From the NCBI GenBank assembly GCA_021813525.1, contig JAKAKK010000043.1, positions 8,433-72,432 on the forward strand: DNA of 64,000 nt, read 5' to 3'. Positions 57,584 through 64,000 of this stretch are shown here, in pieces; within the stretch, counting starts at the first letter, position 1; every line of letters begins with the position of its first letter. This DNA is from a bacterium (GTDB lineage Bacteria; SZUA-79; Acidulodesulfobacterales; Acidulodesulfobacteraceae). Both the position numbers and the translations under genes were made by a program. Under the pieces are notes generated by a model that was not told the origin of the DNA, searched no databases, and saw only the letters and a program-made list of their open reading frames with translations.

Positions 57584-59123
57584 TATGCCTTTAATATACG
57601 GAATGAATTTCTTGGAAAAGAGTATGCTTAGCATTATACCCGAAACTGTAATTATAATATTTGCCTTTATGGTTCTTTTTCTTGCTTTTTTTGAAAAACT
57701 TGCTAAAAGAAAAAATTCTTATTATCTTTCTTTAATAGGGATAGGTTTTTCAATTCTTTACGTATTGATGCTTTCGGACAGGAATATATACGGTTTTTAC
57801 GGGTCGGTAGTGTTTAACGGTTTTGAAGTATTTTTATTTATAGCTATTCTTTTTTCCGGCATGTTTACGGTTTTAATGTCGAAAGATTATATGGAAAATT
57901 CCGGAATGCCCGCGCCCGAATATTACAGCCTGATTCTTTTCGGTCTTTCGGCGATGATGTTTTTAGTATCGTCGAATAATTTGATAATGGTTTTTTTATC
58001 CATAGAATTTATGTCTATATGCGCTTATATACTTACGGGATATATTAAAGGCGATACGAGAAGCACCGAAGCCGCGCTTAAATATTTCATACTTGGCGCT
58101 TTTGCGTCGGCGTTTTTACTTTTCGGCGCGGTTTTTATTTATGCGGCTACGGGACATTTAAACCTATACGCCATACATTCTTTCTTAGAAAATATTTCTT
58201 ATGCAGGTTCGAATAAAGCCGTCGGCGGCATTGGAATTAAAATATATATTTCAGCCGGGCTGGTTATGTTTTTAGTCGGTCTGGCTTTTAAAATGTCCTT
58301 ATTTCCGTTCCATTCATGGACGCCGGACGCTTACGACGGCGCTCCTACGCCGATAACGAACTTTATGGCGACGGGAATAAAGCTTGCCGCCTTTGCAATT
58401 TTTTTGAGAATTTATTCGCTTATTTATAATTTTAATATTATGAATTTTAACGATATATTATGGCTTCTTGCGGTTTTTTCCATGACGTTCGGAAATATAG
58501 CCGCTCTTTTATCTTCAAATATAAAAAGACTTCTTGCATATTCATCTATTGCCCAGGCAGGTTATATTCTTATAGGCATTATAGGAGGGGGGTTTTACGG
58601 CTATTCGGGAACGCTGTTTTATCTGTTGGCGTACATTTTTATGACGGCAGGAGCTTTTGCCGTTGTAGTCATATTCGAAAATTCGGATATAATTTCTTTA
58701 GATATCAAAAGATATGCGGGAATAGGATATAAATACCCCTTCATCGCCGCCGCAATGTCGTTTTTTTTATTATCGTTTGCCGGAATACCCTTAACCTCTG
58801 GTTTTATGGGGAAATTCTACGTATTTTCTTCCGCGGTTAAATCCGGTTATAACTGGTTAGTCTTAATCGCTCTTTTAAACAGCGCTTTTGCGGCGTTTTA
58901 TTATATTAAGATAATTGTCAAAATGTATATGCCCGATAAAGAGCCTGCAAGCCCGCCTTTGAATTCTTCAGGCGATAATTTAGGAATTATTAGCGGCGCA
59001 ATAGACGACGGATTAATGCTCACAATTATAATTTGTTTAATTTTAACACTGCTTATGGGAGTGTTTCCTCAAATATTTATAAATTTTGCGAATAATTCCG
59101 CCGATTTATTATGGAGAATATAA
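57576..59123 (+). CDS. nuoN: NADH-quinone oxidoreductase subunit N
   Basis: LSIEFMSICAYILTGY, FPFHSWTPDAYDGAPTPITNFMATGIK. Confidence 0.95.
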   Translation: MHNMPLIYGMNFLEKSMLSIIPETVIIIFAFMVLFLAFFEKLAKRKNSYYLSLIGIGFSILYVLMLSDRNIYGFYGSVVFNGFEVFLFIAILFSGMFTVLMSKDYMENSGMPAPEYYSLILFGLSAMMFLVSSNNLIMVFLSIEFMSICAYILTGYIKGDTRSTEAALKYFILGAFASAFLLFGAVFIYAATGHLNLYAIHSFLENISYAGSNKAVGGIGIKIYISAGLVMFLVGLAFKMSLFPFHSWTPDAYDGAPTPITNFMATGIKLAAFAIFLRIYSLIYNFNIMNFNDILWLLAVFSMTFGNIAALLSSNIKRLLAYSSIAQAGYILIGIIGGGFYGYSGTLFYLLAYIFMTAGAFAVVVIFENSDIISLDIKRYAGIGYKYPFIAAAMSFFLLSFAGIPLTSGFMGKFYVFSSAVKSGYNWLVLIALLNSAFAAFYYIKIIVKMYMPDKEPASPPLNSSGDNLGIISGAIDDGLMLTIIICLILTLLMGVFPQIFINFANNSADLLWRI

Positions 59124-60004
59124 CTTATTATGCCCCCGCAAAAATTAATTTTTCCCTAAGAATAGGCAGAAAAGAGCCGGCCGGTCTCCATAAAATTCAT
59201 TCCCTTATGAGAAGAATCGGTATAACCGATAAAATTACTTTTAAGATTGCGGAATGCGGTTATAAAATCAAAGTCTTTCCGGGTCCCGTTCTGAAAAACA
59301 ACGGAGCGGAAGCCGATTTGCAATCCATTTCAAATGAAAATAATATAGCAGTAAGGGCGGCGAAAAGTTTTTTTAATAAATTAAATATTAATAATAAAGG
59401 CATAGACGTATCAATAGAAAAAAATATACCGTTTAACGCCGGATTAGGAGGCGGTTCGAGCGACGGGGCAGGGTTGCTCTTGAAGCTGAACGAAGTCTAT
59501 AATAATATATTAGAAAAAGCAGAATTACGGAAACTGGCATTGGAAACAGGCTCCGACGTACCTTTCTTTTTATCGGAAAGCGATGCGTTAGTATCCGGAT
59601 TCGGCGAAAATATCGAAGAAATTGAAAACGGCGCGCTGCCTAAATATTATATCGTTTTAATCATACCCGATTTCGGGATAAGTACAAAAGAAGCGTATGC
59701 CGACTACGATGATTTTTTGTTGACAAATAATATAAATTATTATAATATTCAATACTTAGGCTTTAAAGATTTGGAGTTAAAAAACGATTTCGAGAGCGTG
59801 ATATTTAAAAAATATCCGGTTCTAGAAGAAATTAAAGAATCGTTAATTTCAAACGGAGCAGAGTTGTCTCTTTTATCTGGAAGCGGTTCCGCCGTGTTCG
59901 GAGCTTTTAAAACGTTAAACGGCGCAAACTTATATATAAACAATTTAAAATCGTTTAATTTTTATCGCAGGGTGCGCTTGAGTTATTTGACAGAAACTTT
60001 ATAA
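59111..60004 (+). CDS. ispE: 4-diphosphocytidyl-2-C-methyl-D-erythritol kinase
   Basis: APAKINFSL N-terminus and the GHMP kinase motif PFNAGLGGGSSD. Confidence 0.9.
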   Translation: MENITYYAPAKINFSLRIGRKEPAGLHKIHSLMRRIGITDKITFKIAECGYKIKVFPGPVLKNNGAEADLQSISNENNIAVRAAKSFFNKLNINNKGIDVSIEKNIPFNAGLGGGSSDGAGLLLKLNEVYNNILEKAELRKLALETGSDVPFFLSESDALVSGFGENIEEIENGALPKYYIVLIIPDFGISTKEAYADYDDFLLTNNINYYNIQYLGFKDLELKNDFESVIFKKYPVLEEIKESLISNGAELSLLSGSGSAVFGAFKTLNGANLYINNLKSFNFYRRVRLSYLTETL

Positions 60005-60043
60005 ACTTATTACTCAACTTATTTTTTTGGGAGGGATTTTGCT

Positions 60044-60307
60044 ATGCAAGTTACCGAAGTTAACGTTTTTCCTGTGAATGAAGAGAAGTTAAAAGCTTAT
60101 GTTACTATTACGTTCGATAACTGTTTTGTAGTCAGGGACCTTAAGATAATTAACGGAAAAGACGGGCTGTTTGTGGCAATGCCGAGCAAAAAAAGGAAAG
60201 ACGGCACTTTTAAAGATACCGCACATCCATTAAACAACGAAACCAGGGATATGATAGAATCGGCCGTCCTTGCCGCATATGAAGCCGCTTTGAATAGTCA
60301 GGAATAA
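60044..60307 (+). CDS. spoVG: septation/regulatory protein SpoVG
   Basis: MQVTEVNVFPVNEEKLKAYVTITFDNCFVVRDLKIINGKDGLFVAMPS is a near-canonical SpoVG sequence. Confidence 0.93.
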   Translation: MQVTEVNVFPVNEEKLKAYVTITFDNCFVVRDLKIINGKDGLFVAMPSKKRKDGTFKDTAHPLNNETRDMIESAVLAAYEAALNSQE

Positions 60308-60345
60308 ACGCAAAACCTCTTGTCTTTTAATTTACATATATGAAT

Positions 60346-60420
60346 TGGGGCGTCGACAAGCGGCAAGTCACAGGATTTTGATTCCTGCATTCGGAGGTTC
60401 GAATCCTCCCGCCCCAGCCA
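60346..60420 (+). tRNA. tRNA-Gln (anticodon UUG), CCA encoded
   Basis: Cloverleaf read by hand: acceptor TGGGGCG/CGCCCCA, anticodon stem CAGGA/TCCTG with loop TTTTGAT (UUG), T-arm GGAGG-TTCGAAT-CCTCC, discriminator G plus CCA. Closely resembles E. coli tRNA-Gln. Confidence 0.92.
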
Positions 60421-60494
60421 AGCAGTATGTTCAAAGAAAGCAGTAAAATAGATTAACAAATATGTTTGGAATGGGATCACGACCGAAGGGAGTC

Positions 60495-60543
60495 ATCCTC
60501 CCGCCCCAGCCAAGCAGTATGTTCAAAGAGAGCAGTAAAATAG
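60495..60543 (+). repeat. direct repeat of the tRNA-Gln 3' end plus 31 nt of downstream flank (copy 2 of 60403..60451)
   Basis: 49 nt, ATCCTCCCGCCCCAGCCAAGCAGTATGTTCAAAGA[A/G]AGCAGTAAAATAG. The two copies are 92 nt apart and differ at one position. Confidence 0.85.
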
Positions 60544-60585
60544 GATAATAATGCGGCTTAATTTTATAAAAAATTGCGGGAGAAT

Positions 60586-61533
60586 ATGACTAATAAATTA
60601 AAATTATTTACCGGTAATTCCAATAAAGAACTGGCCGAAAAAATGGCGGATTATCTCGGCATAACTTTGGGAGACGCAGAGGTTTACAATTTTAGCGACG
60701 GGGAAACTTTCATCAATATAAACGAAAACGTCAGAGGCTGCGATATTTTTCTTATGCAGTCCACGTCGAATCCAGTAGATAAAAATCTAATGGAACTTCT
60801 GATAATGATAGATGCAATGAAAAGGGCATCGGCAAACAGAATAACCGCCGTCGTGCCTTATTACGGCTACGCCAGGCAGGATAGAAAAACGGCATCCAGA
60901 GTGCCTATAACCGCAAAATTAGTAGCGGACATTGTTACTACCGCCGGTGCGGACAGAGTGTTGTCTATGGATTTGCACGCCGGCCAGATACAGGGGTTTT
61001 TTAATATTCCGGTTGACCATCTATATGCGGCGCCGGTACTGCTTGAATATATTAAAGAAAAAAAATATGAACCTACGGATATAGTCGTAGTTTCTCCAGA
61101 TGCCGGAGCCGTTGAAAGGTCCAGGTCTTTCGCGAAGCATTTAGGGGCAAATCTTGCCATTATAGACAAAAGAAGAATTAAAGCAAATGTCGCGGAAATA
61201 ATGAACGTTATCGGCGACGTTAAAAATAAAATAGCTATTATGTTAGACGATATGATAGATACTGCCGGAACTATTACCCAGGGGGCGGCGGCGCTTTCCA
61301 ATAACGGTGCAAGCGAGGTAATAGCAATGGCTACGCACGGAGTTTTGTCCGGCGAGGCGATGGGTAAAATAGATAATTCTCCTATAAAAGAGCTTATAAT
61401 AACCGATACTATAAACCAGAAAAACAGGCAGGGGCTTTCAAACAAGATTAAAATATTAAGCGTCGCAAATATTCTCGGAGAAGCGGTCAAAAGAATTCAT
61501 GACGAAGATTCGGTTAGTTCGCTTTTTATTTAA
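60586..61533 (+). CDS. prs: ribose-phosphate pyrophosphokinase
   Basis: VVPYYGYARQDRK and the PRPP-binding loop MLDDMIDTAGT. ATG 60586 is preferred over TTG 60574. Confidence 0.95.
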   Translation: MTNKLKLFTGNSNKELAEKMADYLGITLGDAEVYNFSDGETFININENVRGCDIFLMQSTSNPVDKNLMELLIMIDAMKRASANRITAVVPYYGYARQDRKTASRVPITAKLVADIVTTAGADRVLSMDLHAGQIQGFFNIPVDHLYAAPVLLEYIKEKKYEPTDIVVVSPDAGAVERSRSFAKHLGANLAIIDKRRIKANVAEIMNVIGDVKNKIAIMLDDMIDTAGTITQGAAALSNNGASEVIAMATHGVLSGEAMGKIDNSPIKELIITDTINQKNRQGLSNKIKILSVANILGEAVKRIHDEDSVSSLFI

Positions 61534-61586
61534 TAATTGGTATAATAAAATAAAAAAAAATAAAAAAATAAAAAAGGAGATTTTCA

Positions 61587-62234
61587 TTGGAAATAATTAA
61601 TTTAAACGTTGAAGCAAGAAAAAAAGAAAACAATCTTAAATCCTTGAGAAAAGAAGGCATTATACCGGGGGTGCTATACGGAAAAAAAATAGGTTCGCTT
61701 ATCATTCTGCTGAACTATAAAGAATTTCTTAAGGCATTCGCAAAGCATTCGGTATCTTCTTTTATCAACTTAGTAAGCAAGGAAGACGGCGTAAACGGTA
61801 AGACCGTAGTTATAAAAGAAATCCAGAAGGACCCCGTTACCGATAATATTATCCATATCGATTTGCATGAAATATCGATGGATGAAAAAATAGAGATAGA
61901 AGCATCCGTCCATTTTGTCGGCAAGCCTGAAGGAGTTAAACTCGGCGGAATTCTCGAGCCGCTTATGAGGCATATTGCCATAAAGGGCTATCCTAAAGAT
62001 ATAATAGATACTATAAATATCGATGTTTCCTCGCTTAAAATCGGCGATATTATACACGTAAGAGATTTAAAATTAGGCGAAAACATAGAAATAATGGCTG
62101 AAGAGGATGCGGCTATAGTAACCGTCGCCGAACCTGCAGTCGAAGAAGTTTCAGCCGCAGCGCCTGCCGCCGAAAGCGAAACTGCCGCCGCAGCGCCTGC
62201 CGCCGGAGCGGCCCAGCCTTCTCAGAAGGATTAA
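61587..62234 (+). CDS. ctc: 50S ribosomal protein L25 / general stress protein Ctc, with an Ala/Pro-rich tail
   Basis: L25 N-terminal domain (R.....LR..G.IPGVLYG) plus the Ctc C-terminal domain. AAGGAG then TTG start. Confidence 0.9.
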   Translation: MEIINLNVEARKKENNLKSLRKEGIIPGVLYGKKIGSLIILLNYKEFLKAFAKHSVSSFINLVSKEDGVNGKTVVIKEIQKDPVTDNIIHIDLHEISMDEKIEIEASVHFVGKPEGVKLGGILEPLMRHIAIKGYPKDIIDTINIDVSSLKIGDIIHVRDLKLGENIEIMAEEDAAIVTVAEPAVEEVSAAAPAAESETAAAAPAAGAAQPSQKD

Positions 62235-62252
62235 AACTTCTATTTTATTAAG

Positions 62253-62873
62253 ATGCCTGAGAATATATTTATTTTTGGACTTGGAAATCCGGGGTCGGAA
62301 TACCGGTTTTCCAGGCACAATTTCGGTTTTACGGCATTAGACTATTTTTTCGAAGAAAACGATTTTCCGTCGTTTATTAATAAAAAAAATTATTCGATTT
62401 CCCGTAAAATTATATACGGCAAAAATATATTCTTGTTCAAACCGCTTACTTTTATGAATTTGAGCGGAAAAGCCGTAAAAGACGCTTTAAATAAAAACGG
62501 TGTTTTTAAAATCGGAGAAAACGAAGCCGATTCGGGCATTGTTTTAATTCATGACGACCTCGACCTTAATTTTGGAAATTATAAAATTAAGTTAGGCGGC
62601 AGCGGCGGTTCCCATAACGGCGTTAATTCCGTTATAAATTCGCTTCAGAGCAAAAATTTTATACGCATAAAATTAGGCATTAATTCCCCTGAAAGAGTTA
62701 AATTTAATTCAGGCGCAGATTATGTTCTGTCTAATTTTTCAAAAGACGAAATTAAAAGATTGCCCGATATATTAAAAATAATAAATGAAATTTTATTGTC
62801 TATTATAAAGGACGGTCTTGCGAAAACTATGAATAATTATAATTCCGGACCGCTAAAGAAAGGCGGAGTGTAA
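62253..62873 (+). CDS. pth: peptidyl-tRNA hydrolase
   Basis: GLGNPGSEYRFSRHNFGF N-terminal motif and HDDLDL. Confidence 0.92.
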   Translation: MPENIFIFGLGNPGSEYRFSRHNFGFTALDYFFEENDFPSFINKKNYSISRKIIYGKNIFLFKPLTFMNLSGKAVKDALNKNGVFKIGENEADSGIVLIHDDLDLNFGNYKIKLGGSGGSHNGVNSVINSLQSKNFIRIKLGINSPERVKFNSGADYVLSNFSKDEIKRLPDILKIINEILLSIIKDGLAKTMNNYNSGPLKKGGV

Positions 62874-62877
62874 AAAA

Positions 62878-63978
62878 ATGGGACTTAAATGCGGCATAGT
62901 CGGCCTTCCTAACGTCGGTAAATCTACCATATTTAACGCTATTACGTCCGGCGGAGCCGAAGCAAGCAACTATCCGTTCTGCACTATAGAGCCCAATGTG
63001 GGCATAAAGCCGGTTAAAGACAAAAGATTAGAAAAACTGCGCGATATATTCAATCCGGAAAAATATACCCCTACATATGTGGAATTCGTCGATATTGCCG
63101 GATTAGTCAAGGGAGCGTCGGCAGGCGAAGGGCTGGGCAATAAATTTCTTTCCCACATAAGGAACGTCGATTTAATCATACACGTTATAAGAATATTTAA
63201 AGATAACTCCGTCGTGCACGTAGAAGGCGGAATAAATCCTGCAAGAGATTTAGATATTATTAATACCGAGCTTGCGTTAAGCGATATAGAAATTCTTTCC
63301 AAACATCTTCAGAAGCTCGAAAAAATAGCCAGAAGCGGCGATAAAGCAGCGGCATCGAATTTAGATTTTTTAAGAAAAGTTAACGTTCAACTTTCCGAAA
63401 CAGGCGCTATTAACGGCAAGGAATTTACCGAAGCGGAAAAAAACATCCTGAAATCTTTAGGCATAATATCCGCAAAACCGGCGGTATATGTCCTTAACGT
63501 CGATGAGGATATGCTGGCGGAAGATTTTTCCAATCAATATATCGAAGAAATTATGAGTATAGCCTCGCCTAAAAATATACCGATTATAAGATTGTGCGCA
63601 AAATTAGAAGAAGAACTTTCCTCTTTAGGAGATGAAGACAGAGATGCTTTTCTTAAGGACTACGGACTGGATTCTTCTGCATTGGATACCGTTGCGTCGG
63701 TCAGTTTCGGACTTCTGGGTTTAATTTCGTTTTTTACCGCCGGCAAGCAGGAGGTAAGGGCATGGGAGATAAAAAACGGCTGGAAAGCGCCTCAAGCCGC
63801 GGGAACCATTCATACGGATTTCGAAAAAGGTTTTATAAGAGCGGAAGTTATTTCTTACGATGATTTTATTAAAGCCGGTTCGGAAGCTAATGCCGCAAAA
63901 ATGGGGCTTCTAAGGCTTGAAGGAAAAGACTACACGGTAAAAGACGGCGATATAATGCATTTCAGGTTTAACGTTTAA
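62878..63978 (+). CDS. ychF: ribosome-binding ATPase YchF
   Basis: GIVGLPNVGKSTIFNA P-loop and the C-terminal TGS-like domain ending in MHFRFNV. Confidence 0.95.
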   Translation: MGLKCGIVGLPNVGKSTIFNAITSGGAEASNYPFCTIEPNVGIKPVKDKRLEKLRDIFNPEKYTPTYVEFVDIAGLVKGASAGEGLGNKFLSHIRNVDLIIHVIRIFKDNSVVHVEGGINPARDLDIINTELALSDIEILSKHLQKLEKIARSGDKAAASNLDFLRKVNVQLSETGAINGKEFTEAEKNILKSLGIISAKPAVYVLNVDEDMLAEDFSNQYIEEIMSIASPKNIPIIRLCAKLEEELSSLGDEDRDAFLKDYGLDSSALDTVASVSFGLLGLISFFTAGKQEVRAWEIKNGWKAPQAAGTIHTDFEKGFIRAEVISYDDFIKAGSEANAAKMGLLRLEGKDYTVKDGDIMHFRFNV

Positions 63979-64000
63979 CCGTTATGCGTTATGTATGCAA

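Noticed and set aside
60298-60480. 60-aa minus-strand ORF across the spoVG-prs spacer
   Set aside because: It covers the tRNA-Gln gene on the opposite strand. The tRNA explains the conservation of this stretch.
60867-61490. 207-aa ORF antisense to prs
   Set aside because: It lies entirely within a conserved essential gene, has low-complexity S/I/A/F composition, and has no translation signals.
1-64000. Scanned for CRISPR arrays, transposases or integrases, phage modules, toxin-antitoxin pairs, restriction-modification genes or other defence genes
   Set aside because: None found. Every ORF longer than 100 aa on the coding strand is accounted for by a recognisable housekeeping family, and no spaced direct-repeat arrays are present. 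The only integration-like trace is the tRNA-Gln 3' duplication, reported separately.

Overview
AT-rich chromosomal segment from a diderm (LPS-producing) bacterium. It is almost entirely core housekeeping genes. Apart from a truncated minus-strand gene at the left edge (1..270), every credible gene (about 59 CDS plus one tRNA) lies on the + strand. Gene order: BCAM0308-like zinc-ribbon protein; phoH-pgpH-ybeY-dgkA(PAP2 fusion); mazG; lnt; prfB (programmed +1 frameshift); lysS; an outer-membrane/LPS supercluster lolC-lolD-bamA-skp-lpxD-fabZ-lpxA-lpxI-lpxB-msbA-waaA; rplU-rpmA-obg-proB-proA-nadD-rsfS; lapB; gpmI; rluD; pgeF; coaE; a degenerate GGDEF protein; rho; a PAS histidine kinase plus a sigma-54 enhancer-binding response regulator; a haem-c/Cys-rich chemoreceptor; acs; pepA; a 13-gene complex I operon; then ispE-spoVG-tRNA-Gln-prs-ctc-pth-ychF. 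I saw no transposases, integrases, phage genes, CRISPR arrays, toxin-antitoxin pairs or recognisable defence islands, so I cannot support a claim of a large novel system. The most unusual item is the complex I operon (nuoABCD-X-GHIJKLMN). It has no nuoE and no canonical nuoF; in their place is a 635-aa fusion of the NuoF C-terminal 4Fe-4S domain to a GltD/SfrB-like FAD/NAD(P)H oxidoreductase, which suggests a non-canonical electron-input module. Other points worth a second look: a perfect 47-bp palindrome over the putative nuo promoter; a small family of covarying GAATTCAATTC-centred intergenic palindromes; a 49-bp duplication of the tRNA-Gln 3' end; a chemoreceptor with a periplasmic CxxCH haem motif and a five-Cys insert splitting its HAMP domain; a DgkA-PAP2 fusion; and an N-terminally extended BamA. 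All calls come from reading the sequence and the ORF track and from motif recognition; no database search was run.
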